Of a stretch of DNA of 64,000 nucleotides, positions 1 through 13,516 are shown in pieces. Origin of the DNA: Nitrospirales bacterium (GTDB lineage: Bacteria > Nitrospirota > Nitrospiria > Nitrospirales > UBA8639); contig CBDBCZ010000013.1 of NCBI GenBank assembly GCA_965203295.1, positions 704,001-768,000 on the forward strand. Direction: 5' to 3'. Each line of letters starts with the position of its first letter. Within the stretch, counting starts at the first letter, position 1. Below the pieces are notes generated by a model. It saw nothing but the letters and a program-made list of their open reading frames with translations. It was not told the origin of the DNA and made no database searches. The position numbers and the translations under genes are program-made.

Positions 1-84
1 TTATGTAGCGCACTTCGTTATGTAGCGCATATATTTCTGCTATTGTTACAACTAGCGCATGCGCTTGATAACCCGAGTCTACGG
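1..84. mobile_element. Right end of a CCGTA-type Tc1/mariner-pogo MITE, truncated by the window edge
   Basis: Ends ...gagtctacgg|TA, the same terminal motif as the CCGTA MITEs at 12381, 15678 and 24109. Confidence 0.4.
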
Positions 85-267
85 TATATCTATATATCTA
101 TATTTCTATAAAGTGTGCTCGCACCTCCCCAAGGCGGGCACAAAGTCAGAGGTCTGGACAAATTTGTCATGAAGTTTTATCAAGGGAGACTTACTACAGC
201 TCCCAGTTTGTAGAGTTTGTGTAGCTTTACTGTAAGCTGAGATAAAAAAAAAAGAAAAAAAAAAAAA

Positions 268-438
268 TCGTTAGCTCTATTACCGCACTCTCACCCTATC
301 CCTCTTCTCTTATATTCCTTATTCTCTCTCCATATAATCTTATCCTTTTGTACATATTGTATTCTTTATGTGGTCTCATAGGCCGTATTTGGCCTGCTGC
401 CATGTGGTGGGACGTAAAAATGATTATCTATCTATCTA
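268..438 (+). mobile_element. 3' fragment of a LINE or SINE (CR1/L2-like tail)
   Basis: Stem-loop aggcc-gtattt-ggcct at about 380-395, followed by a (TATC)n tail at about 424-438. It lies next to an A-rich run. Confidence 0.35.
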
Positions 439-1088
439 TGCGATCGAAAATCGAGTCACTACCAATAGGGAGGCGCTTCAGAATTTTTCCGCTAAGACAT
501 ATACCATAATCCTAGCGGATAGAAAGGTACAGGTCTTATTGCTATTTTTAAACTGGTTTTAAAGCTTTCTGAGGTTGGAGGACAGAATGAGCTAGTTTCT
601 AACTCTTCCGCTTACTATACACGTATGCTGCTCCGTACTACTCCTTACCACGTGGCTGAGGTCATTCACGGATACGTTTACTGACTCTTTTCCGTAAATT
701 CATGCGCATGCGCGAACAGCGTGTACCAGGCTCAACTTTCCCCAAAACGTAATAAGCAACGGTATTTCAAGCCAGCATGCATTAAGCTGAGATATAGTCT
801 CGCGAGCCAGATAAAGTAACTAGCTAACTGCCATTGTATACAATGAACATACTCATGCAATGCACAATGCAATGTATGTAATGAACATACTCATGCAGCT
901 GCTACACGAACACACAGTAGATATATCATTAGCAGATAGGTACACAGATCTACATGACAGTCTACACGAACGCATCCTTAATTAATTGCCAAGCGGAAGT
1001 AGCCGCTGTGCATGCAATAAAATGGCTGTACTGACCGCAGCATACCGCTGCTTCGGTACGCACCCTCTAAGCACTACAAAGGAATATA

Positions 1089-1934
1089 CAGTGGAACCTC
1101 CAAGAAGAGGACGCTTTGGGGAAATGGCTTTTGTCCCTTGTAGAGAGGTTGTCCCTATCTCGGAGGTTCCTCTTTTTTCATTAAATCACGCTAATAATTG
1201 TAGTTTTTTATCTTTTAAACTATATATAACGAGTTATGACAGTGTTCAGCTATGAAAGTAATCATGTAGAGTGGTCTGTAGTAATAGTTTCAAGAGTCAT
1301 GATGTATTGCTGAACTAATTCTTAGAGCTCCTTCTATATAGCCTCTGCTTTCTAAGATGTTAACGAGGCCTTTGTAGAAGCGTCTGGAGGGAAGGTCAAC
1401 CGAGGAGGAGGATATGGACTTGAGGTGCCGTGTGTATGCAGACTTGGACCAAAAGTGTATATTGAAAAGATGACGGAGTTGGTGAGGACAGCTGGACTTC
1501 TTTAGCTAGCTAGCAATAGCACTGGCTATTAATGTAGCAGTTTTAAATTATAGCTCTGTAGCTACACTTTTAACTTACAGGATTACTAACCTTCGCGATA
1601 AAGCGCGCTCGAAATGCTCATTGGAGACCATCACGTTCCATCGCTACAGTCGAACCCATGCGATGACGTCGCGTTTTAGCGGACGTCACAGTACTACAAA
1701 AATTAATCGGGGGTGTGGCCAAGTGTCCGCTATTTAGAGGTATATTTGTATTGAAAGATGCCAGTCTGGACTTTGCTGGTGTCCGTTGTCCGGAGCAGAG
1801 AGGCGGAAAGGCGGTCGCTTCTCGGAGGCTACTTTTATATTAAACGCATGCTAAAATCAATCGGTGCTTTTGTGTTTGTCCGCTCGAGGGAGGTTGTCCG
1901 CTTCTGGGAGGGTCCGTTAAGAGAGGCTCCACTG
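1089..1934. mobile_element. pogo/Tigger-family MITE, copy A (about 850 bp)
   Basis: TA|CAGTGGAACCTC ... GAGGCTCCACTG|TA. It is nearly identical to 13517-14368. Confidence 0.85.
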
Positions 1935-3237
1935 TAGTTAGTCAGGTACTTACCCGCAGAACAGTTACTAAACTATGGCCAACCCGGTGGTAGTTGGCTG
2001 GTTCTCGAGCGTTAACTAACGATGGCATGGCCCAACTTTGATTTTTTGGGCAGCATGGTGCAAAGCCAAGGAGGGAGCAGATAACTTACTGTAGAGTACG
2101 CTTTCTCCAGGACTACAACATACTGAAACGCCTTTACTGTAGCTTAGCCAGAATTCAGAAAAAAACGGTCGAAAAAATCGAAAAAATCCACTAATTTCGC
2201 ACCTAGCCACATGCGATTCCAAAGGGCTAGGCGGTTCAAACAAGCGCCAAGTTATTCGCCTATCTTTTCTCTTTGCACTGGAGAAGGTTGCATGCTCGTA
2301 CCTTGCATGAATCGAGAGACACGTTGTTATAAACCTGGCAGTGTCCAATGCTTCGAGTTTCAGGCTGGACCAACTTCGATTTTTTGGGTTGGGCATGTGC
2401 AAAACTTAGTACAGGCACAAGAATTGCTGTGCAAGCACATTCCAACCTAAACCACAAGCATTGCAAATATTTAGTAGATTGAGAAGCGTGCAGCGGAGAT
2501 ATACTGTTGCAAACCTCACAAAAATTACTGAACAGAGGCTCTCGTGACGTCACTACATTGCAACACGATATCATGACGTCACGGAACACGCGTGCACCGC
2601 ACTGCGTATTGACCGCAATACACGCGCTCGGAGAGAGGAAATTCCAAGGTTACATGAACATGAATTCAGCTGAAATTGTGTGTGAATGAATAACAGTATA
2701 CAGGCACAAAATTACTAGCAAATACAGTAAATGAGGGTCCATTCCATTTCTGGGCAGAGGATCTAGGTACAACACTTTCACATGAACTTCTCTGCCCCAA
2801 TTGATGTACAGTCCGTTTATGCTGCTCCTGTGGAAGAATGAGATTGATTGTTGCATTGGTTGTGCTGGGATTAGCTGCTACTTTAGTAGTACTTTCTGAA
2901 AACCGACCACGGCAAGGAAAGAGAAAGTACAATGAGTCCGACTGTGAGCTAAAGCTGTTAATGAATCACATTATGTATATTACAGGGCCGGCTGTTGAAC
3001 CTATGTCGGTGCCCGTGATGAAAGTGTACATGGCTGGTAAGATTAGTACCATCACAGGGACAGCTGTACTCTAAAAAGTACTCCACTTCAGGCATACATT
3101 GCCTCCACACACACACCCAAAATTCTACGAATATCCTCTGTCGACTATTAGTCCCAATCGCCAGGGTGTCCCAGGGGGTAATGCTCACACAAGTACCGCC
3201 AGTAACAGGCATAATGTCAGCATTAGATCTGGGGTAA

Positions 3238-6200
3238 GTGGGAAAAGGGGCTCAAACAGAGGGAATGATGATGACAAGCCAGCGCCTAGACGAGGCAGAA
3301 GAGCGAAATACCATAAGCAATGTGCATGGTGAATGCAGCCTGTGGATACAGTCTGGGTCTGATATCCAGGTCCAACACTTGCACCCCACAGCAAACATGC
3401 GGCACCCAGGCTCAGAATCTCAAAATTTATCCCACTATGCATCATATGGTGGGGTACAATTCCAGTTGCAGGGTGACAGCTGCATATGTGAGCCTTGCTA
3501 TCGTGATTTTAGTCGGAACTCCCACAACAAAGAAAATCAAATTCCTAGGTGGTACAAAGTGCAACGGGACTTTTACAATTCACAACAAGTAGTACGTCAC
3601 CACTGCATCTTCTGTTGTACATCACAATCAGAGTGTCACTGTTTTAAAATACAAGATTGGGGGCCAGACGGTTGGTACGGGAAAGATAATCCCAGAACAT
3701 GGCGACAATACCTGAGCTGCAACGGTTATGTTCCCCATGCAATTCCTAATTACTGTGAGCATGTATGTAGATCGCACTACCGTAGAGTAAGGGAAATTAT
3801 TGCTAACAGGAAATGTACAACGTGTTCGACCAAATACTGCGATGCTGCATGGAAATTGGTCTGCGATGTAACAGATAGTGTAGACATAGTACGTGAACAG
3901 CTTGCGATTCCAAGTGAGTCCGCGGGGTTCTTTGATTGGATGTGCAACAGGTGTCGACTCTTCGTAAGCGACTCTATTATGTTCACAGGAACGATTTTGA
4001 GTGACCAATCCTCCCCTGACCCTGTAACTGCTCAAAAGGCATTTCAAATTAATAATGTCCTTGAAGAGCTAAGAAAGGAAGGCCTTGTATTTGCTTATCA
4101 TGAAATAGCGCATTACAATTCAAATCTGTTCTCTGTTCCATTCAAACAGATGCTACTGTTATCCCACGTATGGCCACAGTATTTAGTAACTATCTGGAAC
4201 GCGTTATTTCAAAACAGTCCTTATCTTTTCATTCCTATTGCCCAGATGCTAAGAAATACGGTAGGGTATATTATAATGATAAAATATTTAACCCCCTATC
4301 CATACCATATGAATTCAAGCAACATCTTGAAAATCAGAAGCTGGTTTCAGAAGTAGAACAGCTGCAAAAAAGCAGCCGGCTACGTTCTGACAAAGTGCGT
4401 GAAATGGTGAAGAATCAGACTACCTTGTTCCCATCAAGCGGTAAATTTGATTATCGTTTGATCATTACAGATGATGGGTCTATTAATGAAGCTGTTTTGA
4501 ATAATTACTTTGATAAAGAATTGATTGAGTTTGTTGACAGTATTACTACATCTGAACACTCTAAAACCCACCCCTTTCACCATACTATAAAGACTGCCGG
4601 CAGATGAGAATAAAAATGTCCATTGCCTTAATGGCTTTTACTATGAATCCACAGTCATGCTTCCTACAAACATTAACAGGTTTGCTCTGTTATGGTTATG
4701 GCCTAAGGGACAAGGGATTCAGCCACACAAGAGCTAAATCCAGCGAGTTTCTGGCATCTATCTGTATAATCTCAACTTTAAAATCAAATTTGCCAAAAGT
4801 ATAGGAAGTGGTAGCGCAGGTGCTAAAAAACAACTCGATCTTTTAACAGGTCAAGTCAATGATCGGTCATGTACTTCTGTTAGTGGACAGCACTGCACAG
4901 ACTCTCTTAAGTCTGCCATTTTTAGGGATATGGAAATGGAAGCAATTACATATTATCAGAGCAGGCAGACAGGCGAGGACATGTTTGTGCTTAACATGCA
5001 CTCAGCAGAGGGTAGATACTTAGAACAATTCCTATATAAGTGTTTTGCTACTGCAGTGAAAAGAATGGAAGCTTCCTCCCTGACATTCCCTTATACCTTC
5101 ATGGAGTCTGTTCAAAATCACATGACACACTGGACACCCACAAAACCAGACAGTACTGTATACACTACCACAGAAGAGGCATCATCAGCTAGCAAGCAGG
5201 ATATACAAGTATACCTAGTTAAACTTAAAGATGAGCTGAAGATCGGTCAACCAGGATTCCCAACTAAGGCTGTCATTGCAGGAGACCAACAAACCTTCCA
5301 TATAATGTGGAATTTAAAGAAGGCATACCCAAACAGATTTAATTGGATGTATGTTCTTCATGGTGACTATAGCACCTTTTGAATCTTCTCTCTCAGGTGG
5401 TTCGGACATTGCTGCGGGATGGGGGCCTGAAGCAGTTTTCATTTCACTGCGGTTACAAGCATGAACTTACCCAGTGGCAAGAAATACATCTCATATTGAT
5501 GGCTACACACGAAATTTTACTTAGAAAAGCTGTTACACAATATAAATCCCAATTACAGGAACGATTCGCAATGTCATATGGTACAGTATTTTGGGAGTGG
5601 ATCAATCACTTAAGTAGCCCTGCTAATCAGAATCAAATTTCAAGGTTCTGGGCTAGCATTCTGAGAACACTGAATTACTACGTCGGATACTATCTCTCTA
5701 TACGATCAGGGAATTGGTGCCTTCGCAATGCATGTTTGAAAGCCATCACTCCAGTTTTTTTGCCTACTCCAGAGACAAGTACGAACAACTGTGTACAAAT
5801 GTCCTAAAAAGCATACACACTCTACCAGATGACATTATCAGACACTTTTTACAAGGGGAGTGGACAACGAGCCTCAAGGGTCACAAATTCCGCAACCTAG
5901 CTCTGGATGAGGCCCATGAGTCTGTAATTAATCTAAGATTAAAACAAATCACTTCCCGACCATCACACTTTAGAACAGTAGAACTATCTAATTTCATGGC
6001 ATATTTAGATAAGGTAGTTAATGGCTGTGAACACTTTGTATTTAAAAATAAAGCAGACACTTTCTCCCGCACAAAAAAATTCATATGTCAAAGAGCAGCG
6101 AGGATCAATGATATTATTATGGACAAAGGCCTCTTCACTTACTCTAACACTGTCATTGTACTCGAAAACACATTTCACTCATCCCCTTCCAGCCTTGACT

Positions 6201-6247
6201 CGGCAACCATTCACGACCTACTTAACTTTTATTTAATTGCCACTGAG
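3238..6247 (+). pseudogene. Academ transposase, N-terminal part (Cys-rich fingers plus Academ/DUF6589-like core)
   Basis: Chain of frameshifted ORFs starting at 3238, 4170, 4604, 4930, 5379 and 5714. Motifs include CICEPC, CIFCC, VIAGDQQT...W...HGD, SIRSGNW.LR, FFAYSRDKY and DEAHESVIN. The chain is cut by the LINE. Confidence 0.8.
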
Positions 6248-9200
6248 GGGGGTTGCTAAGTAACTAAATGCTAGCAACTTCTACACAATTTGCTCTGCAA
6301 GTTACCTTCAATTTGTGATATCCTACCGCTGTGAATGAAGAAGATTTCTACCTGAAGACCAAGAAGTGCATCTCTACCCTCTGGAGCAGTTTCCGCGGCG
6401 AATAGCTAACTAGATTTTTAATTGCGTGCGGCATGTTCTAATTAATGCCCACCCGCGATCATGCCCTTGCGGCAGATCTCCAGTCAGATGGACATCAAGA
6501 GTGGTCAGTGTATCACAGTAGGGGGTACAAAGCTCATATAATTGTGTGGGGGGTTAGGAAAGATCTGAGTACTCTAGAAATTAGATCAAAGCTGGATGAT
6601 TTAGGTCTAGGGAGCCTGGTAAGAGGGACAGTAGCTTGGGAGGGAGATCATGTCAGGCTTATTCTCTCAACCAAGGATAGCAGGGGTGTTAGTGTTGGGG
6701 TGGTTAAAGATATTTCTAGCTGTTTAAGGAAGATAGGCTGTAGATGTGTTTTGGATGAGTCAGTAAAACGGGAGTTCATGCCGTCACAGTTGCAGTGTTT
6801 AAATAGCTTTTGTGTGTTACAGTCTGGTATAGAAGGTACTGATGATTTGGAGGAGGATGTTGAAGAGTGTAGTGAAGGGCATAGGAATTCTGTTGTAGAT
6901 ATGAACAAGGTTCGAAGCCAGGTTATGGTAGCTGAGAGGGGAGAACGGAAAGTCCGAGTAGCCACCTGGAATTTTTCTGGTATCTGTAGCCAGCGTAAAC
7001 AGAAGGAGGTTGCTGGGGTCCTAGTGAAAAACAACATAGATGTTTGTGCAGGCCAGGAGTCATGGGAAAAGGAGGACTCCAAAATTTCTGTAGATGAGTA
7101 CAAATGGTTTGGGAAGCCTAGGCAAGGTTCTTCTGAGAGTAGAAGAGGAGAGGGAGGAGTGGGATTCTTGGTAAAGGAGTGCTTAGCCAGTGGAGTAGAG
7201 CTTATTAAGGATGTGAATTATGAAGAAAGCATGTGGATTAAAGTGAAAGGAGAGAGAGGCAGGAATACTTTGTTTTTGGGTTGTGTTTATATGCCTACAG
7301 ATAGTGAAAATGTTTCCGTTATTGAAAGTAGTTACAGTGCATTGAAAGAGGATGTGCTTCGTATGGGGTCAGGTTGTGCTTTTAGGTGATTTTAATGCCA
7401 GAGTGGGAAAATCTTCCGAATTAGATGATGTAATAGGTATGCTTGGTGAAGGTAAATGTAATGCGAGTGGTAACAGGTTGATTTCCTTTTTAAATGAGGC
7501 TGAGCTTGTAGTCTGTAATGGCCCGCAGTGGACTAGAGCTAGACCTTCTCTGAAGCAGAAGTCTATCATTGATTATATAGTTACTGATTCCAAATTGTTG
7601 CAGGTTTCAGGGAGTGTGCAGGTAGACACAGTGGATATAGGAAAATCGGATCACTTTCTGGTATGAATGGAATTGGGTAGGACTGTAAAAACCACTAAAC
7701 AACAGAAGTGGGTGATTAAAAAATGGCGCATTGAACGGTTTCAGAACGTGGAAGTGAGACAGAAGTATCAGGAAGCTTTAAGTGTAGAAGTAGATGAGTT
7801 TCAAGGAAGGGTACGCCAATGGAAGACTCAGGGGTTGAGGGGATCAGAATTAGTGAAGGCAGTGATTCAGGATTGGGAAGAGACAGTCAAGAGGGTAGCA
7901 TCAAAAAAAAATTGGGGAAAAGGTGATAGTGTGTGGCAAAGCGGCGAGGTGGTGGGATGCTGAGATTAAAGAGAAGATTAGGTTGAGAAGACAGGTTTAT
8001 AAGGAGATTAGTAGTGGCAGGGAAGATAAATGGGGGAGTATTACAAATTACGTTCAGAAATCAAGGAATTGGTATGTAAGAAAAAACTAGATAGTTGGAA
8101 TGAGGTGATTGAAAAGGCTTATAAAGATTTTTATGAAAACAGGAGAGAGTTCTGGGCATTTGTTGGCAGGACTTCAAAAGGTAGCCATAAGGGTATTGCT
8201 TCTTTGAGGAGTACTTCAGGTTCATGTGTAACCAGTACGTACTAAGGGAAAGTTGGAAGTATTACGTGAGCATTATGAAAGGTTGGGTACAGCATCTGTG
8301 GATGATCAGTTTGATGATAGTTGGAAAGAGCATATAGAAAAGAAAGTGACAGAGTATAGTGAAATATCTAGTTTGCAGAAGGATAAGGTTTTGGATAGAG
8401 CTAGGGATTAATTATGCACAAATTAAAAAGTGTTCTAAAAGCCTAAAGAATAATAAAACAGGAGGTAATGATGGGCTAGTTGGGGAACTTTTTAAGTACG
8501 GTGGCAAAAGGATGGCTAATCTGTTGAAAGTCTTGTATGGGGTAGTTTGGACAGAGGAGAGTATTCCTAAGCAATGGAGACAAGGGTTAATTGTTAGCTT
8601 GTATAAGAAAGGTGATGCTGAGGACCCGGGTAATTACAGGGGCATTACACTATTGAATGTGGTAGGAAAGCTGTTTTGCAAGATTCTAAATAATCGCTTA
8701 GTAAGCAGATTAGAAGCAGAAAGGGCTCTTCATGAGGGTCAGGCAGGATTTAGAGAGAAAAGGAGTTGTGTTGATAACATCTTTACTCTAAATGAAATTG
8801 TACAAGGTAGAATGAGGGAAGGAATGCACACTTACGCTTTTTTCTTAGATGTTCAGAAAGCATTTGACACAGTTCGGCATGATGGTTTATGGTATAAGTT
8901 AGGGGAACTTGGGGTTAGGGGTAGGATGTGGAGAGTTATTAAGAATATGTATGACATCACACAGAGTGCTGTTTTACTGGAGGGAGAAGTATCTGAGCAA
9001 TTCAATATAGGTCAGGGGGTGGCACAGGGTTGTAGTATGTCGCCTATCCTCTTTTCCATTTTTATTAATCAGTTGTTAGATGAGGTTGAGAAGGCTGGGA
9101 TTTGCATTACTGTTAAGAAGGATGTTAAGGTTGGGGGTCTGATGTTTGCTGATGATTTTGTAAGCTTGACTACTAATGCTGAGGACTTGCAAACCTTGAT

Positions 9201-10522
9201 TAATATAGTGCAGGGGTTTTGTAATAAATGGAGGTTGAAATCTAACATAAAAAAGAGTGCTGTTATGGTATTTTCTAAACAGGTTAATACAGGTGCATAT
9301 ACATGGAAGTAGGGAGATAAAGACATTCCAGAGGTTGTAAGTTACTGTTACTTGGGGATTGAATTTGCTAAGAATGGTTCATGGGATAGTCATGTACAGA
9401 AGGTAATAAATAAAGGAAAGAAAAAACTGAATCAATTACATAGGTTTTTAAGTAATAGGAATATCAGTACCGTTGCAAGAAGGTTATTGTTAGTTTCGGT
9501 ACTTCGCCCTACTTTAGAATATGGTAGTGAAGTGTGGGCTTGTAATAAAAGGCAGATAGCTTCCTTGGAATCTATTCAGCTAGGAGCAGCTAAAGATACT
9601 TGGCTGCTCTTCTAAAACGTGTAATGAAGCAGTAAGGGGGAATATGGGGTTAGAATCTTTGAAAGGCAGGAGGGAAAGATGCAAACTTAAGTGGTGGTGT
9701 AAAGTCAATAATTTGAATGCTGAGAGATATCCTAGACTACTACTAGACAGTGTGAGTGGGAAGTTAAGCCGTGTAGGGGTAGGCAGAGGTAGACCTGGAG
9801 GAAAGTAATTAGTGAATTGTTGCTGCAGTTAAATCTAGACAGTCAGGAAATACTAGCTGAAGATTATAATGTAAACTTGATTTTAGAGAGAGTAGATGAA
9901 GCATTGAGATGCAAAGAATATAAAGATTTTAATGATGGCTTAAATAGTAAAGTTAAACTTAGTCTTTACAAGTCTTTTTGTAAGGAAATAGAATTTAAAA
10001 ATTACTTGCAGGGGGTTGGGATCCAGGAACACGATTGTTGTTTAAGTTTAGGTCTGGTACTAATGATCTGAATGAAGAGTTAGGAAGACATCGGGGTAAA
10101 AATGATGATAGGCAGTGTAAGTTATGTGGAGATGAATGTGAGAGTGTAGTACATGTGCTCTGGGAGTGTCCTGCGTATGATACTATTAGAAGTACTTTCA
10201 TGGAAGACTTAGACAAACTGTTGGGTGGAAGTTTTGAAGAGTTTAGTGCGCTCAATACTTTCGAGAGGACGGGCTTTGTTTTAGGGTGTGAGAATTGGGA
10301 AAGATATGATTTTAAGGCTTTATTAAGGCTAGTTAAGAATTTTATTTTATTAATCTGGGATACTAGGAAGAATAAATTATATGGCGATCAGGATGGTAAT
10401 GGTGAGACATCTGGTTGCTTTTGCTCTTGTCCTCTGACTGGAGATCTTTCAAGCTCCGCCTGCGTATGTGGGTGCGTGGTCAATGGCGTAAGCGCTACGG
10501 CAGCAACATGAGTATATTATTC
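6248..10522 (+). mobile_element. Full-length non-LTR retrotransposon (single-ORF APE-RT-CCHC; RTE/RTE-X-like)
   Basis: 13-bp TSD AATTGCCACTGAG at 6235-6247 and 10523-10535, with a short TAT-rich tail. Confidence 0.9.
6445..10511 (+). pseudogene. LINE endonuclease-reverse transcriptase ORF with frameshifts and stops
   Basis: APE motifs ATWN, QESW, GGVGFL, LLGDFNA, IIDY and SDH. RT motifs NYRGITLL, QAGFR, FLDVQKAFD, GVAQG and FADD. C-terminal CKLC...HVLWEC zinc knuckle. Confidence 0.9.
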
Positions 10523-10535
10523 AATTGCCACTGAG

Positions 10536-12380
10536 TGAATGTTTAATTACATAAGAGATTATATACTAGCTCCCCCAAGTGAAATTCCGAAAAAGAAACA
10601 TAGACTTGTTAAGTTACGGACATTTAGTAGCAAGCCAGCTATACCTAGGGCACAGAAATCCAAAATGAAACAGATCACCAATATTGCAACAAATGCTATG
10701 CGTCTCCTACAGTCATACAAACATCAGACTACCCACTTGCAATGGCAAACCTTGACGGTACAATGAGAAAGGCCAATAAAGCTGAATTTAGATCAAGTCT
10801 TTGTAAACATACTGAGTTCACTGGAGCATTTATTACTACAAGTCCAACCCTTTGCAACACTTTTATCATAGATTTCTTATACTTTATTCACATACCACCT
10901 CCTCCAGATGTGTCCAACTATTCCACCTATTTCTCTTAGTTATGGGAGAGAGCCATCGACAAACTCGGAGCATGGCTTCAACTGCATCTACATTGTTTTT
11001 GATAAACCGGACTTTCTGCCACCTCCAAGGACACTTGTTCACCAATCGTGAGCAGAGAAAGTGGGTAAACTCAATGACCAACCCTACCCTATTGCAGACA
11101 ACCAGGAAATACCTCTCAATGGATTTACAGCATTATTATCTTTAAAGGAATGTAAGGCAGATCTAGTACAGTATATATCCTTTAAGCTAACTAGCAAAAG
11201 TGTATTAACTTCAGGAGTAGAAGAAATTACATTCATTATAGATTCCCCAAGTGCTCCTTCACCTTTTCTCATAACTCAAGGCTCCATACAACAACATCCC
11301 CCCCCTTCCCCCCCCAATCAGCACGGGGAGGCAGACTACGCCGTTTGGCATCATACCATTCACTCACCTAGTAGGAACATTGTGATCTTCTCCGGAGACA
11401 CATACACATGGGTCTATGGACTTGGCTTGTGTGAACTAGGATGGCTGGAGGGGAAATCAGTGTTTGTTCAGTGAACTGAAACAAGCGAGTATGTAGATAT
11501 AGGCAGCCTAGTGTGCAGCATAAGAGGACATCCTAAGCTACGGCAAATTGCACATCCCGCATGTTCACTGGTAGCATTGTATGTGCTCAGTGGCTGTCAC
11601 TACACCAGTTCCTTCTATGATGCACAAAACAGGGGTTCCTAGATACATTTTTAGATAACATTTGCTACATTTGTGCACAACCTTCAGGCTCACTCGTTAC
11701 CAATACAGAAGGCACATTCACAATACCAGAAAATACTTGGATACGTCTCATAACAGCAGTATATTTCTATAAACACTCTGATTTCTTCCGTCACAAAGCT
11801 ATTTCAACCTCCTCACACAATTTCCCGATGCAGAAGAAGGAAGACATTTCTTTCATGGGCTGGTTACCGATCAGCCAGTGTTAGTACTCTTGAGCAGTGG
11901 CATGAATTATTGCAACGAGTCACTTTTCAGGCTTGCTGTGACAAAGGTGTATGAATACAAGCTTCTTTCCACAATATCTGCTCTGTTTCTTCATTTAAAG
12001 CGCGCTAATTATGTTCTTAGAATGGTATGTAGCTCACCTCAGTCATCATGTCCAGACCTTGACAACTTCTCCCTCTTTGGCTGGCAACGAAATGGCACTG
12101 ACATCCAGATTGAATGGGATTCCTCTCACCCCACTCAACATTCCACCACCAAATGCACTTGTACAACAAGGTGTTCATCTGGAAGATGCTCCTGTTTCAA
12201 GAACTGTTCCGCATGCACTGCAAAGTGTAGATGTAGTCGGTGTAATAATCCACATAATGATGGCATCACTGTAGCAAATGCTCTTCTAACGACACTGATG
12301 AAAGCGAAAGCGAAGAAAGTGGAAACGAAATCTCCAACAATGAACTTTACGACATCTACATGAGCAGTGGCGATGAACTA
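10536..12380 (+). pseudogene. Academ protein, C-terminal part (XPG/PIN-like nuclease plus Cys8/CXC finger)
   Basis: Motifs FIIDFL, HGEAD, SGDT, LYVLSGCxYTSSFY (about 11575-11617), LHLKRANY, FGW and CTCTTRCSSGRCSCFKNCSACTAKCRCSRCNN. It continues the frame of ORF 5714 once the LINE is removed. Confidence 0.8.
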
Positions 12381-12907
12381 CCGTATTTCCGCGATCAGAC
12401 GCCGCGGCTACTATTTATTTCATCCCGCAATTTTCCGCGGCCACTATTCGAGGGCGGCCACAAATCGAGGGCGGCGTTTATTAGATTGAGCGGTTTACTG
12501 GTTACACAGCGATGTACAACAGCAGTTTAAATCCTTTTAAAAATCACCGTTCGTGCCTCAGCACTATCGAAAAGCCGTCATGGTACAATGCCAGCTGTTT
12601 TTTGAGGGGAGAGGTATCGAAAATATAGATTCGCGGGCAGCCTCCGTCGGGCTCTGATCCCTTAAATTCGCAATCTCGAAGAAGATAAAGGTGAGGTCCG
12701 ATAACTGTTAGCTAGCAAAGTCAAGTATTACTCTACTTTTACTGTAGTTGCTACATCTTTTTGCTTACGCGGTACTTGAATTTTAGCCACGGCTACTATT
12801 CGAGGGCGGCCAGCGCCGGCCACTGTTTCGTTCAGCACTTCCGGAGGTGCGGCTATAATTCGAGGGCGGCTATTAATCGAGGGCGGCGTCTGATCGCGGA
12901 AATACGG
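12381..12907. mobile_element. CCGTA-type Tc1/mariner-pogo MITE
   Basis: TA|CCGTATTTCCGCGATCAGACGCCGC ... GCGGCGTCTGATCGCGGAAATACGG|TA, with internal cgagggcggc repeats. Confidence 0.85.
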
Positions 12908-13516
12908 TATAAAGTTTATGTGTTAATAAATCTGTATTAAAAGTGTAACTTTATCATTTTATCAGTATTTACCATGTTCTGATAGGCTGTTTAACGCACA
13001 GAATATTGCATGGAGGCAACACTGAAGTTATGCCTGCTGACAGTCTCAGGATCAAAGACTAAAATAATTATACAAAATACAGTCTAATATCTATGCCCGG
13101 CCAGACAAATTCGGGCACAAACTGCGCTAACAGCTATTAAATGAGGTACAAGCACAGCTTATGGCTGTATACCCACTCGTACAGTACTTTCACGTACCTG
13201 AAACGCCGACACTCCATCGTCTAAAGCCAGAGATCCATCAACGGCCAACAAACAAACTTTGCTAGCGCTTCTCGTGTATTGCGGTCTGTGACAAGTAGGC
13301 GTTATCACGTGCTCAGTTAAACGTCAGCGGAAGTACTTTCAAAATTTTCCCACGCCCAAATAGCACGCCCATTTCCACGACGCGTTCGTGTAGACTGTGA
13401 CACGTGAGCACTCAACCGTAACCCCAATGCCCTAGGCCTAGACACTAATTACACCCCAGTGCGAATGCATGCATACTCCACTCGCATAATAAATATACTC
13501 AAGCCACCTAACACTA

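Larger units (their letters stand above)
958..13397 (+). mobile_element. AcademX DNA transposon, full-length and decayed
   Basis: Perfect 16-bp TIR CAGTCTACACGAACGC at 958-973 and 13382-13397, flanked by a 3-bp TSD TGA at 955-957 and 13398-13400. The internal broken ORF has Academ transposase, XPG-like nuclease and Cys8 finger motifs. Confidence 0.85.

Noticed and set aside
2838..3074. Small secreted peptide (hydrophobic N-terminus)
   Set aside because: The frame continues upstream past a single stop inside the Academ, so it is more likely a fragment of a decayed TE ORF.
11878..12363. Tesmin/LIN54 host gene
   Set aside because: The CXC-like finger is the C-terminus of the Academ ORF, inside the TIRs.
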